A DNA stretch of 64,000 nt from Balanoglossus misakiensis (Eukaryota > Animalia > Hemichordata), in the NCBI GenBank assembly GCA_040954595.2, contig CM082590.2:8743764-8807763 (forward strand). The letters are read 5' to 3'. This document shows, in pieces, positions 40,901 to 53,089 of this stretch. The position numbers and the translations under genes are program-made. Below the pieces are notes generated by a model. That model saw only the letters and a list, made by a program, of their open reading frames with translations. It did not search any database and was not told where the DNA came from. Each line of letters begins with the position of its first letter. Positions within the stretch are counted from its first letter, which is position 1.

Positions 40901-43049
40901 CTCTTCAGAAATCTGCAAAGGCAAATTTTACAATGTATTATTGTCTCACTGTATGATTGTAATTGTTTGTGGTTTTGGATCCCCAATATTTCTTTAATCA
41001 TAATAATATCACAAAATTACCAAAGATTATGTTAAGGTGACTTTAAGATTAAACTATTCAACTTGGCTGCCTGTGTAAAAATTGGCTTGTTGTGAGATTT
41101 TGAGGATGAACTAAAAACATATGCATGTCAAAAATTTGTCCGATGATAATTGTTTAAACAATAATGTATGCCCCAATATGCAATAATTGACAAAAGTACA
41201 TATTATGGAGTAAATGCAATGATTTCTTTTGGCTAGGGTTGATATATCAATGAGCAGGATCATTATGGTATTGGCATCAAATGGTTTAGATAATTCATTA
41301 TCAGTGGCATACTGTAGTCCCCACTGGAGCACTAGAAATGAAATTATTGAAGTTCTAAATACAGTTGTTGTGTAATTCAGTATTTAAGGATTGTGCCTTG
41401 CATACATTCATGAATCAAAATATTTCTTTTCTTGTGTACAGCTTTTGTTTGTGAAGAAGTCATCTTCGGAAAGAGAAGATGTCGTGGTATTGGATCCAAG
41501 ATGGTTGTGTTACAGGATATTTGGACCAATGTTGGCCACCCCTTTATTTGCAGAATTCAGTTCCAGATTCAAGAGAGATTGCTTTCAGACGATGGATCAG
41601 ATAGAAGATGTACTTGGTGACCGTGTAAACAGCAAACTTCTCATCGACCTTCTGGAAGATTTTGAGCTTCTCTGTCATGCACATGGCCTCACAAGGACTG
41701 GAGAGAAACTTTTCGTCATACCAGGGCTTCAAGACGATGACATGCCTAAAGATCAATGGAAATTGAATCGCATGAAGAAAATCTACCGTGGAATACGGTT
41801 TGAATGCCATGATGAATCAGATTCCTTTACAGCAGGCTTCTTCCCAAGATTACAGACCCGTCTATATAAGCGTTTCACCAACCTTGGCCAACCACCCAGT
41901 GGCTTATGGAAAAATGGTATCAAAGTGTGCCATGATATTGAAGGTCTTGTCTTTATGACCAATGGGAGAAGGGCAGTCAATGTCTGCGTACGAGTTGAAG
42001 ACAAGAATTTAATTGGTGAGGGCTACAAGCTTCTTGAGATGGTTTCCAAAGACATACAGGATGTCTTCTCAATTGCCTGTCCAGGCAACAGGATGAATCA
42101 GCTTATCCTGAGTGCAGATTCTCTTGCAAACCACGACATGGAACAAGTTGGGTTTTACACTCTCGATGACGTGCTACACGCAGAAGATATGGGGAGGAAA
42201 GTGTACAACGAGGAAGTTGGAAAAGCAGAAGATGTTTGTGACCTGCTTTGTCAAGGTCATGACACAACGATCTTACGACATAAGTGGAAACGCTGTGATA
42301 TCAAATGGATGCTTGAAGAAACCAAAAGAAAACTGACCATGAGTATGGACATTCAACGTGCACCATCTTTGCACTACGCCAGCATGGCCGAACATATGGG
42401 AATCGTCTACCAGGATGTCAGGGCACTTGAAGAGATTGCGGGTCGGGCAGGCAAACCAGTTACAGTATACATCTTTGTAGAGTGGTGTCGTAGATGCGCA
42501 GAGAAGAAACGTCATCAAAGGGAAAAAGACACCACAGAATTCCCGGCCACTTCTCATGACACACATGATGTTGATAGTGGTTTTGCAACGATGTCACCGT
42601 CATCACAACAACCAGACCCAAGCGTTCAATTCCGACGAGGAAAAGACACCACTACAGCTGCAGAATTCCCGGCCACTTCTCATGACACACATGATGTTGA
42701 TAGTGGTTTTGCAACGATGTCACCATCATCACAACAACCAGACTCAAGCGTCCAATTCCGACGAGGAAGAGACACCACTACAGCTGCAGGTGCCAGAGCC
42801 ATCTCACCTGACATAGAGACCTCCGAAGGTCGTTCAGCAAAAATGTCACAGTCATCAACATCGTCACCCCAACAAGATTCTGATGAAGAAGTGAATGCTC
42901 AGAAAACAAGACGGAAGTATCCACATTTAAAGGGACCTGTCTTCGAAAGCAACTTTGAGAATCTGTTGGCAATATTCAGCACCATGGGAAGAGAGGACAT
43001 GATCGGATTGATTGAAGAGATGTTCGAGACATTGGAAGAACGCAGATAG
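28972..43049 (+). CDS. Kinase-less ROCO protein (DAPK-like ankyrin-Roc-COR-death domain), ~29 coding exons, ~1526 aa if all exons are included
   Basis: Exons: 28972-29031, 29844-29909, 30103-30168, 30537-30623, 17 ankyrin exons 30765-35796, 37934-38041, 38286-38351, 38497-38616 (P-loop GDGGVGKT), 39235-39474 (PTPGID, WDFAGQAEYYVTH), 39685-39829 (VILVASRAD), 40097-40248, 40623-40799 (YLHDIGE), 41442-43049 (VVLDPRWLC, GFFPRLQ, LWKNG, death-domain helices). All junctions are GT-AG and in frame. Confidence 0.9.
29540..29711. mobile_element. MITE with CAGTG...CACTG TIRs and 5-bp TSD ACCAT (hAT5-like)
   Basis: Near-identical to 2793-2960; ACCAT on both flanks. Confidence 0.82.
31947..32106. mobile_element. 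Truncated pogo/Tigger-type MITE fragment inserted in an ankyrin-cassette intron
   Basis: Interrupts the conserved intron after a TA; starts CCGT; repeated TATAAGTCGCACC motifs. Confidence 0.55.
33890..34546. mobile_element. Non-autonomous hairpin element (Crypton-like) inserted in an ankyrin-cassette intron
   Basis: ~180-bp imperfect palindrome 33894-34075 with loop GAGCCGCAGGCGA, then TTATTACACC...GGTGTAATAA inverted pair; absent from sister introns 31612-31755 and 32253-32395. Confidence 0.7.
35837..36288. mobile_element. Probable solo LTR (TGTTAC...GTAACA) adjoining a 5'-truncated ankyrin exon
   Basis: TG...CA inverted termini, ~450 bp, unrelated to cassette introns; no TSD, consistent with an adjacent deletion. 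Confidence 0.45.
36293..36321 (+). pseudogene. Remnant 3' end of an ankyrin cassette exon
   Basis: AAAGCTGATGCTAACATTCAAAACAAG/GTAAATACCAA with no acceptor or 5' part. Confidence 0.8.
36347..37412. mobile_element. Non-autonomous Tc1/mariner (pogo/Tigger-like) DNA transposon, ~1.07 kb
   Basis: TA-CAGTCGAACGCGGATAATCCGAAC ... GTCCGGATAATCGGCGTTCGACTG-TA; only fragmented minus-strand ORFs inside. Confidence 0.82.
39014..39170. mobile_element. 157-bp TA-flanked MITE
   Basis: TIR CT[A/G]TAAAACGGGTTATTTTC[G/A]CGA at both ends, TA TSD. Confidence 0.85.
41442..43049 (+). CDS. ROCO terminal exon: COR domain plus interrupted death domain
   Basis: Longest ORF in the window; acceptor TGTACAG at 41441; COR motifs VVLDPRWLC, FVIPG, YRGIRFEC, GFFPRLQ, LWKNGI; AATAAA at 43315. 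Confidence 0.93.
   Translation, partial: LLFVKKSSSEREDVVVLDPRWLCYRIFGPMLATPLFAEFSSRFKRDCFQTMDQIEDVLGDRVNSKLLIDLLEDFELLCHAHGLTRTGEKLFVIPGLQDDDMPKDQWKLNRMKKIYRGIRFECHDESDSFTAGFFPRLQTRLYKRFTNLGQPPSGLWKNGIKVCHDIEGLVFMTNGRRAVNVCVRVEDKNLIGEGYKLLEMVSKDIQDVFSIACPGNRMNQLILSADSLANHDMEQVGFYTLDDVLHAEDMGRKVYNEEVGKAEDVCDLLCQGHDTTILRHKWKRCDIKWMLEETKRKLTMSMDIQRAPSLHYASMAEHMGIVYQDVRALEEIAGRAGKPVTVYIFVEWCRRCAEKKRHQREKDTTEFPATSHDTHDVDSGFATMSPSSQQPDPSVQFRRGKDTTTAAEFPATSHDTHDVDSGFATMSPSSQQPDSSVQFRRGRDTTTAAGARAISPDIETSEGRSAKMSQSSTSSPQQDSDEEVNAQKTRRKYPHLKGPVFESNFENLLAIFSTMGREDMIGLIEEMFETLEERR
42535..42789 (+). repeat. In-frame 126-bp (42-aa) coding tandem duplication
   Basis: EFPATSHDTHDVDSGFATMSPSSQQPD[P/S]SVQFRRG[K/R]DTTTAA x2. 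Confidence 0.97.
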
Positions 43050-43457
43050 ACTGTCTCAAAAGAAGAGCAGATAACATGGGAAAACCAGAATTTGATTGCT
43101 TCAAATTCCACCCAGTAAACTAAAACCATGTGTGTTCAATGGCTATAGAAATGTCAGGGGTAACTGAAACATAAATCTGATTTGGAAATATTATAGCCAT
43201 GCACCCCTATGCGACAGTTCAGTTCAGTTTTCTGAAAGTGCCTCAGAGAACTCTTGTTTGGAAATGGTTAAGTAATTCGTCTGAAATGCAAAATAGCATT
43301 TTGGACAGCAGTACAATAAAGGCATTCTTCATATAAAATATAAACATTCTCAGATGTCATTTTTCATGTTAAGGACACATTAAGAACAAATTTTAGGTCC
43401 TGTACACCAAATTAAAAAGCTTGACTCATACTGATTGAAATCTAACACAAATCTCAG

Positions 43458-43811
43458 TTAAAGGGACAAAGTCTCTCTCTCGCTGGCCTTTTTCCATTGA
43501 TTATGTTTGATACAAGACACTGTTTATGTTAATGTACATGTGGATATATAGTGAATCAATGATCAACCACACAAAACTTCCTTCCCACTTGTATGATATG
43601 AGAGTAAAAACTCGCCCAAAATGAATAAATGGTGAAGAACGATTATTCATTTTGGCGAGTTTTTTCACTCTGCTGTCTATAAGGGGGATGGAAGATGTGT
43701 GTGGTTGAACGTTCATTCACTATATATCCACATGTAAAATAACAAATGTTGTCTGGTATCAAATATAATTAATGGAAAAAGGGAAGCGAGAGAGAGACTT
43801 TGTCCCTTTAA
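43458..43811. mobile_element. Palindromic TTAA-flanked MITE (Kolobok-like family A), full length
   Basis: Same TIRs as 20169-20530. Confidence 0.88.
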
Positions 43812-44161
43812 TGAGACAACACACGAAATATCTGATTAAAAAAGTTTATTGCAAATGGAAGATGGAAGAAACTGCAACTGGGTAATTTAAATTCAAGTGT
43901 GGGTTTTATTAAAGTGTCTCATATGACATAGTTGTGAACGATGAAAGTTGGCGAAAAGTTTAACTGCTACAATGCACATCACTGAAAATTTTCCTGGTAC
44001 ATTTATTACTGCAATTTATTCTTCTTTTAGACAAAAAAAAGTTCACAAACTTTTTGTCCATATGCAAACATGAACTGCACTGGTTACGATAAGAATGCCC
44101 TAAAGCAGTAAAAATGGTGTTTACACCCAGCCCTTTGACTTGAAACCAAATAATTTTGATG

Positions 44162-44356
44162 GTTATTGCAAGAGGGCGATCGTGACAATTTGACAACAGG
44201 AGAGGGTTGACTTGAACAAAAGGGGGGCTTTAACGTTGATGACTGTTGCAAGAGGGCGATCGTGATAATTTGACAACAGGAGAGGGTTGACTTGAACAAA
44301 AGGGAGACTTTTACGTTGATAACTGTTGCAAGAGGGCGATCGTTATATCTTGACAA
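44162..44356. repeat. 80-bp tandem repeat (~2.5 copies) containing a MITE terminus
   Basis: TTGCAAGAGGGCGATCGT recurs every 80 bp; the inverted motif occurs at 60744-60771. Confidence 0.85.
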
Positions 44357-46014
44357 CCGTTGCCAAGGCTTTATGATGACAGTACTGAACTTGTCGATAA
44401 ATCAAAGATTGAAACGACTATATAGAAACTCAACCTGCTCCTCGCCAACATAATTTGCCAGATTTGCGAGTTTAATGTTTTTAACATGACGTCTTGCTTT
44501 TCCCATCATTCATAAGTTTCTGCACTAATATGCATTGATCTCAACTTTAGTCTTCCTATACAAACAAATATTTTTAAATAACCCTAGAGTGGCATATTCC
44601 GTATATTGATTAGAAACGCTCGCGATTGTAGTGCCTTTACTATGTTTCTCTCGAATTCCATTTCTACCTTTGAGGCTCTTAGACGCAAAGCAACGTTCAA
44701 TTTCCATGAGCGCCTAAATAAGAGTGAAATGTACTCATTTTAACATTGAAAACCTCGTATACTCAGTTTTATTCCAAACGTATTCAAAACTTTTAGAAAT
44801 ATAATGTATTTTAAAATATTCGTTTCTGCAACTTTTTATTACTGTTTTGTATACATGTATGGGTTTTGCGCACACTTTTGTGTCTTGCATATGTCCTGAA
44901 ATAAAGTTATTACATGTATTATTATTTTAATTTCATGTACATGTACCAAAGTCGATAAATACACTTTTATACAACGTCAAAAGTGGTGAGGGTCATGAAA
45001 ATAGTACGATTTAACTAGTCTTAATTCATTACCCAAAGCTAAGGAGTCTGACCATAGTCTTGAGTACTTTTCAGACTCTTTAGCTAGGTGAAAATAATCC
45101 AGGCGAATGAAAGTCTGGCGCATGCGCTGGCTAGTCACGTGAGACGCAGTGATCAGCGAAAAAGGAAGCATCAGCGCGTATCACCACTAGGGGCGCACTA
45201 TTGACCTTTGACCTTAAACGCACGTGTAACGTTTGTTTACATGTATTTGAGTACGGAGACGTCCTAGAAGTTCGCGTATAGCCCGAAATTGCCTCAAACT
45301 TTCACTAAGTCCACTCAACAATCGTCCGCGGTTTCTATATTGGTTGCCAAATCTTCACGCTTTGGGGTAGCAGACTGACTTCACAGGAAAACTGCGGTGA
45401 GATTCTAGTTTTGCATCATTTGTTGATGTTGTTATGTTGACATTGCGAAGCTGCGCTAGCGCTATAGGGCATCCAACACCAGCATACTTGTAAAGTAGTC
45501 AGTATAAAATCACACAGCCCGGCCCTGTCGATCAGAGATAAGGTTTAACGTAGCTGTCCAGCCTTCAGGGTTCGAAGGGGCCTGTCCGGTTATGCCCACA
45601 GGGCCCTCAAGTCAACCACTCGAAGCCCTAAACTGATTACAACTGTTTACAATCTATGGCTTCTTGTGGTTACGCCCACTTCACTCCTATAACAACACAC
45701 TCTTGTTGTTTGAATAAACGAATCAGAAATCATGTACTCCAATCCGCTGTCAAAACAACTGATTCCTAAATCGTCGATAGCCAGATAATGTCAGTGCGCG
45801 ATAGTTTTCGGTTCTAAAATTTCCCTTGTTAATAATAAAATTGGGATGTAAATGTCAATTAATGTCAGTTTCACATGAAATGGTCACCTGATTGTCAATG
45901 TAGGTTTCATTGATATTGTTCGTTTCATTCTCATACAAGTTTTGGTGCGTGCGTGTAAATGTGGATATCCCATTTCTTATGTATATTATATATACAAAGG
46001 GACCTTTTGGTGAA

Positions 46015-47660
46015 AAGGAAAATTCCCGACTTTGCCAACTTTGTTGAAATTGTGATTTGTGGACATTTTTTATGGGTTATAGCTCATGAAAATTGTCAGA
46101 ACAGGAAAAATTCCCGACTTCGCAAAATTTGGTGAAATTGTGATTTGGGGACATATTTTATGGGTTATACCTCATGAAAATTGTCAGGACAGGAAAAATT
46201 CCCCACTTTGCCAACTTTGGTGAAATTGTGATCTGGGGACATATTTCATGGGCTATAGCTCATGAAAATTGTCAGGACAGGAAAAACTCCCAACTTTGCA
46301 AACTTTGGTGAAATTGTGATCTGGGGACATATTTCATGGGCTATAGCTCATGAAAATTGTCAGGACAGGAAAAACTCCCAACTTTGCAAACTTTGGTGAA
46401 ATTGTGATCTGGGGACATTTTTCATGGGTTATACCTCATGAAAATTGTCACAACAGAAAAAAATTCCCCACTTTGCCAACTTTAGTGAAATTGTGATCTG
46501 GGGACATATTTCATGGGTTATACCTCATGAAAATTTTCAGGACAGGAAAAACTCCCAACTTTGCAAACTTTGGTGAAATTGTGATCTGGGGACATATTTC
46601 ATGGGTTATAGCTCATGAAAATTGTCAGGACAGGAAAAACTCCCAACTTTGCAAACTTTGGTGAAATTGTGATCTGGGGACATATTTCATGGGTTATAGC
46701 TCATGAAAATTGTCAGGACAGAAAAAATTCCCGACTTTGCCAACTTTGGTGAGATTGTGATCTGGGGACACATTTCATGGGTTATAGCTCATGAAAATTG
46801 TCAGGACAGGAAAAACTCCCAACTTTGCAAACTTTGGTGAAATTGTGATCTGGGGACATATTTCATGGGCTATAGCTCATGAAAATTGTCAGGACAGGAA
46901 AAACTCCCAACTTTGCAAACTTTGGTGAAATTGTGATCTGGGGACATTTTTCATGGGTTATACCTCATGAAAATTGTCAGGACAGAAAAAATTCCCCACT
47001 TTGCCAACTTTGGTGAAATTGTGATCTGGGGACATTTTTCATGGGTTATACCTCATGAAAATTGTCACAACAGAAAAAAATTCCCCACTTTGCAAACTTT
47101 GGTGAGATTGTGATCTGGGAACATATTTCATGGGCTATAGCTCATGAAAATTGTCAGGACAGGAAAAACTCCCCACTTTGCAAACTTTGGTGAAATTGTG
47201 ATCTGGGGACATATTTCATGGGTTATAGCTCATGAAAATTGTCAGGACAGGAAAAACTCCCAACTTTGCAAACTTTGGTGAAATTGTGATCTGGGGACAT
47301 ATTTCATGGGTTATAGCTCATGAAAATTGTCAGGACAGGAAAAACTCCCAACTTTGCAAACTTTGGTGAAATTGTGATCTGGGGACATATTTCATGGGTT
47401 ATAGCTCATGAAAATTGTCAGGACAGGAAAAACTCCCAACTTTGCAAACTTTGGTAAAATTGTGATTTGGGGACATATTTCATGGGTTATAGCTGATGAA
47501 AATTGTCAGGACAGGAAAAACTCCCAACTTTGCAAACTTTGGTAAAATTGTGATCTGGGGACACATTTCATGGGCTGTAGCTGATGAAAATTGTCAGGAC
47601 AGGAAAAATTCCCAACTTTGCAAACTTTGGTGAGATTGTGATTTTGAGACATATTACAGG
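46015..47660. repeat. 88-bp satellite, ~18-19 copies
   Basis: Unit ATCTGGGGACATATTTCATGGG[C/T]TATAGCTCATGAAAATTGTCAGGACAGGAAAAACTCCCAACTTTGCAAACTTTGGTGAAATTGTG; starts at 46231, 46319, 46407... Confidence 0.98.
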
Positions 47661-47859
47661 GCTAAAATGTCAAACAACTCATAAGGCTAGGACCCCCAAT
47701 GTTCTGCTGAGGTTGTTAATAAAGTGGGGCAAATGCTCTCTGGAGATTTAAATCTTTAGGTCATTTTGGAAAAAAATGAGGTCAATCATACCAAAGCTCA
47801 TGATATACATAAATATAGGTCTATCGCTAACTCCAGACTAAGAACAAAGTGCTGGGCCA

Positions 47860-50800
47860 ATAGATGTAGATATTATTTCAAAATCTAACTGTATGTGCTG
47901 GGTTGCTAAGCAATAGCTGAGGCCAAGTGCTGTATGTTGTCATTTACATATGAAAGCATACACTGACTAAGCAGCGACTGTGTTGATCCTTCAGTATAGA
48001 CTTACTTTCTTGTCGTTTTTCATAACTTTTGCAACTGTGTAGCCAGACCAAAGTTTGCTGACATGATTTCTACCATCCTAGCCCTTCTCGTAATCGTGTT
48101 TTTACTATTTAAACATTCAAACAAGAAGTATCCGGTCAAATGTTCTATCATCCAAAAAGCTTTGATGTCTACGCTGTCCATTGTTTATCAATGTCCACAG
48201 TGACACGCCCCCTTCATTTCTCCGTGTCAATACTCACGAAAACTCGCTGTTTAAGTCAGACCGCAGTTGAAAATGTGTGCGAAATTATCACCAATCGCTT
48301 TGTCTTGATTTAAAGAAGACTTTAAAGCAAAAGCTGGCGAAATCGACAAAGATTTGAGCAATCGGTGATGCGTTCTTTCGACTCTCGTCAGCGGCCGTGT
48401 TCCTATCATGGACGTCCATTGACACTGTTGTTGAAAATCCGCGTAGTTAAAATCACTTTCATTCAAAATATTTCTGGTTCCTGACTCTATTTATTGTGTA
48501 AAAGTTAGGCCCATGCAATAATCAGTTAGAAAAGTGTATAGACTAAGGGCTGGAGTACTTTGCCATTTCTGAAATCTGAATTTCATGTGCCGCTGTTTGC
48601 GTGTTGATATCGGCGACTGACTCTGTCTCCATAGGATTACACGCGTCACCGTCGCTGATCATCAGCGCCGATCGCAGATTGAAGTGAAATTTCCTGTAGA
48701 AACCAATGTTTCCCTAAGATTTTTCCTGAACTACAATATGCCCGATATGTATACACTTCATGGAACTTAAAGTACAAGCTCTAGCAACTTCTCCAGAAAT
48801 GTAATCGCTGGTTTTCTGTGTGTGATGTTGGTTTCCCGACTTAGCGTATTTCAATGCGCGGTGTCCATTGTTTATCAATGTCCACGGTGACACGCCCCCT
48901 TTACTTACCAGTGGCAATACTCACGAAAACTCGCTGTTTAAGTCAGACCGAAGCTGTAAATGTGTTCGAAATTATCACCAATCGCTTTGTCTTGATTTAA
49001 AGAAGACTTTAAAGCAAAAGCTGGCGAAATCGACAAAGATTTGAGCAATCGGTGATGCGTTCTTTCGACTCTCGTCAGCGGCCGTGTTCCTATCATGGAC
49101 GTCCATTGACACTGTTGTTGAAAATCCGCGTAGTTAAAATCACTTTCATTCAAAATATTTCTGGTTCCTGGCTCTATTTATTGTGTAAAAGTTAGGCCCA
49201 TGCAATAATCATCTAGAAAAGTGTATAGACTAAGGGCTGGAGTACTTTGCCATTTCTGAAATCTGAATTTCATGTGCCGCTGTTTGCGTGTTGATATCGG
49301 CGACTGACTCTGTCTCCATAGGATTACACGTACACGCGTCACCGTCGCTGATCATCAGCGCCGATCGCCGATTGAAGTGAAATTTCCCGTAGAATCCAAT
49401 ATTTCCCCAATATTTATTGTGAACTACAACATAACTCTATGTGTATACGTGTCATTTTTACTAAAGTACAAGACCTAGCAACTTCTCAAGAAAAGAAATC
49501 GCCTTTTTCCGCGTGTGTTGTTGGCTGTCCGACTTCGCGTATCTCAACGCTGTCCATTGTTTATCAACATCAACAGTGACACGCCCCCTTCATTTCTCAG
49601 TGGCAATACTCACGAAAACTCGCTGTTTCATTCAGACAGAACTCGTAAATGTTTGTGCAGTTATCACTATTCGATTTGTTTTGATGTAAAGAAGTTTGGT
49701 AAGCAAAAATTGAGAAAATCGACAGAGTACTTAGCCATTTCTACCACTGTTTACGTGTTGATAGCGGCGGCCGACTCTGTCTCCATAGGATTACACGCGT
49801 CCACCGTCGCTGATCATCAGCGCCGATCGCCGATTGAAGTGAAATTTCCTGTAGAAACCAATGTTTCCCTAAGATTTTTCCTGAACTACAATATGGCCCG
49901 ATATGTATACACTTCATGTAACTTAAAGTACAAGCTCTAGCAGCTTCTCCAGAAATGTAGATATTAATTCAAAATCTAACTGTATGTGCTGGGTTGCTAA
50001 GCAATAGCTGAGGCCAAGCGCTGTATGTTGTCATTTACATATGAAAGCATATGTACACTGACTACTAGTATGCAGCGACTGTGTTGATCCTTCAGTATAG
50101 AATTACTTTCTTGTCGTTTTTCATAACTTTTGCAACTGTTTAGTCAGACCAAAGTTTGCTGACATGATTTCTAACATGCTAGCCCTTCTAGTAACCGTGT
50201 CTTTACTATTTAAACATTCAAACAAGAAGTATCCGGTCAAATTTTCTACCATCATAATGGATTGTAAATAGAAATTTACACGAGGTGACCCGTAGACGCG
50301 ACTCGCGGAGATAAACAGTGAGTATTTTCAATGTTACCGTGAATGTGTGGTGCGATTTACATTGCCGTTGCAAAGAGAAACTGTCAGAAAACAGAACAGC
50401 ATGACACAGACGTTTACAATCGTGAAATTAAAAGAGAGAAGGACCTCTGAAGTTTTCCGAAATCTCTGTCATTGACGCCATTGTTGTTTACGCGTATACG
50501 CTATCCATTGTTGATCAATGTCCATAGTGACACGCCCCCCTTTTATACCAGTGGCAATACTCACGAAAACTCGCTGTCTAATTCAGACAGAACTCGTAAA
50601 TGTTTGTGCAGTTATCACTATTCGATTTGTTTTGATGTGAAGAAGTTTGGTAAGCAAAAACTGAGAAAATCGACAGAGTACTTAGCCATTTCTACCACTG
50701 TTTACGTGTTGATATAGCGGCGGTCGACTCTGTCTCCATAGGATTACATACACGCGTCACCGTCGCTGATCACCAGCGCCGATCGCTGATTGAAGTGAAA

Positions 50801-51110
50801 TTTCCAGTAGAGTCTAAAGATTTATTGTAGACTACTTATAGCCCTATGTGTATACGCTTTATTTTTGCTAAAGTACAAGCTCTAGCCACTTCTCCAGAAA
50901 TGTAATCTCCATTTTTCGCGAGTGTTGGATGCCCTATACTTAGCGTGTTTACTTCCGTGTTGTCAATTTCAGTGGAGGTGATAGTTGGGGCGCATGCGCA
51001 GTACAGAGACGGACTTAGTGATAGACGCTTTCCCACGTGTGTTGGTTGCCCTATACTTTAGCGTGTTAGTTGATACGCATGCGCAGTGTATAGATAGACT
51101 TAGTGTTAGA
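47860..51110. repeat. Complex tandem duplication block (~687-bp unit x2, two shorter variants, and a duplicated ~285-bp segment)
   Basis: GTCCATTGTTTATCAATGTCCAC at 48176 and 48863, variants at ~49552 and ~50503; 47862-48145 is repeated at 49956-50245. Confidence 0.92.
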
Positions 51111-51519
51111 TGTATTCAAAGTTTTCCCTGAAGTTGAAACACACTTTAGCTTTGTTATTTCGCGTAGTTTTCAGTTTAAGAGGCTTTTCTAGAGTTTAAG
51201 CCGGTCTGTTGAAAGCTAACGTGTAGAATACCTGTTATTTTGAGCAGTGTTTGTTCATTTTTCGATTTTTACTGATTTTATTATGATGTGTGACTGTACT
51301 TTATTTCCTTTATCAGTAAATGAGATTAAATTCTATAAAATGGAATTTCATTGTCACATTGTGCATTTCTTAGCTTGTTGTGTAAACGATGATTTTACTT
51401 TTACAATCTGAAAAAAGAGTACAGTCAACATAGAGTTTGTGTTTTTTTCCAGATTGTAAATTTTAAAATCTCTTACATTACAAGAGCAATGCTTACGGTA
51501 TGAAGAGAGTGAGTGTTTT

Positions 51520-52125
51520 GTTTGTCTGATTTCAATTTTTGTAGATGAAATTTATCAGTAGCTCTTTACACCGTGTGTTGTGTACTTTTACAGTGCAACC
51601 TTTAATTTTGCAATTTTTCACATTTTCATTGCTTTAGCTGTTAAAATAATGGAAAATTCATTGTTTTAAGCAAACCAGCCAATTCCTTCAAAATTACAGA
51701 TATTTTCATCATTACCAAAAACTCTAATTCTAATAGCTATTTCTTCAACCGAAATAGCCGTTTTTTCCAAAATTACATGTATTCTTCCTTATTTTCACCA
51801 AAAAAGCCATTTCGATCACTAAAATACCCATTTCTTACAAATTAAAGGTCAGTTTAACCATTAAAGTTCCAAATTTACATGCCTTTTCCACTATTTTCAC
51901 CAAAATAGCCATTTTAATCACTAAAATACCCATTTCTTTCAAAATTAAGGTCATTTCAACCATTTTAACAGCTAAAAGCAATGCGAATGATGTAAAAAGT
52001 TGTAAAATTACTGGTTGCACTGTAAAAAGTACAGTAAAATGCAGTACACACACACTGATAAAGGAGCAACTGACAAATTTCATCAATAAAAAAAAAAAAA
52101 TCACCAGAAAAAAATTTGAAATCGG
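51520..52125. repeat. Foldback structure: ~130-bp inverted arms around an AT-rich, internally repetitive core
   Basis: TGTACTTTTACAGTGCAACC (51581) vs GGTTGCACTGTAAAAAGTACA (52013); GATGAAATTTATCAG vs CTGACAAATTTCATC. Confidence 0.7.
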
Positions 52126-52738
52126 CAAAAAAAAGGCGGAAAAAATATTTTTGGGAAAATTTTTTGTCTCTCGCCCTTTTCTCTCCTCCTCATCTTGTCT
52201 CCCCCCCTTCTTCCTCCTCCTCATCTTGTCTCCCTCCCTCCCATCCTTCCTACCTGTTGCATGCCCCCCTCCCTGTGTCTCCCCTCGTTGCATGGCCTCC
52301 CCCCTCTATCTATCCCCGGTGTATGATCTCCCCCCCCTTTGATTGACCCCTGATGCATGACCCCTCCCCTATGTTTCGACTTACCTGCAAATCTTCATCC
52401 TGTGTCCAAGTTCCATCCACGTCCAGTCTTCTCCATATGCACCATGTCCTCCAGCGGGTCTTGATCTCGCGTCCTTCCACTTGCTAGTCACTTACCTTGA
52501 CCACTAGGCCACGGAGCTGCATGCAAACATATGCTCGGAACTTCTATATATTGGTCACATCACTTACTAATAACCTAGGAAAAGGATTTAGAGCCAATTT
52601 TTCGATAAAAAAATGCTTTTTACAGCTTTTAATGCATGGTAGAGTAAATAAAAAGAGAATATTCCTGTTTAAAGAGAGAAAAAAAGGAAAAAAAAGTGGA
52701 TCAAAGTACCAAGTACTTGGCCTTTGGTTGAAAAAAAT

Positions 52739-52808
52739 GCCATCCTTACCGGGGCTCGAACCCGGGTACGCCGCATGGCAGTCCTCGGCCCTGACTACTA
52801 GGCCACGC
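52739..52808 (-). pseudogene. tRNA-derived sequence (Gly-GCC-like loop), SINE head or pseudogene
   Basis: Minus strand: TGGCCTAGTAGT A box, CT-GCC-AT loop, CCGGGTTCGAGCCCCGG T arm, then a T-run; acceptor stem poorly paired. Confidence 0.6.
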
Positions 52809-53089
52809 TAATGTTTGTAAGGATGATCAAACAACTAAGTTATCAATGCCACAACGTAATTGTATGTAAACAAGATGGCTCGATCTCGTAAAAGCAAGTA
52901 CTTTTCGCCTTGCTAAAAGAAGACTGAGCTTGTTTTCGGTCAATACTGTTGGCGGTAACGTTAATTCGATAGAAAGATGTTCATAGTTTATACTTTACTG
53001 TCGAAAACACGCATTTTTCTAAGGGCTTTAGCGCGCCTGTGTTTGGGTCAAGTCACACGTCACGGAAGGCTAAAGGTCATGCACAGCGC

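Noticed and set aside
28972-43049. Calling the ROCO gene DAPK1 or LRRK
   Set aside because: No kinase, calmodulin-binding or LRR exons were found; it shares only the Ank-Roc-COR-DD portion, so no gene symbol is assigned
48251-49153. Duplicated 71-aa minus-strand ORFs
   Set aside because: By-product of the 687-bp tandem duplication; non-ATG start and no domain features
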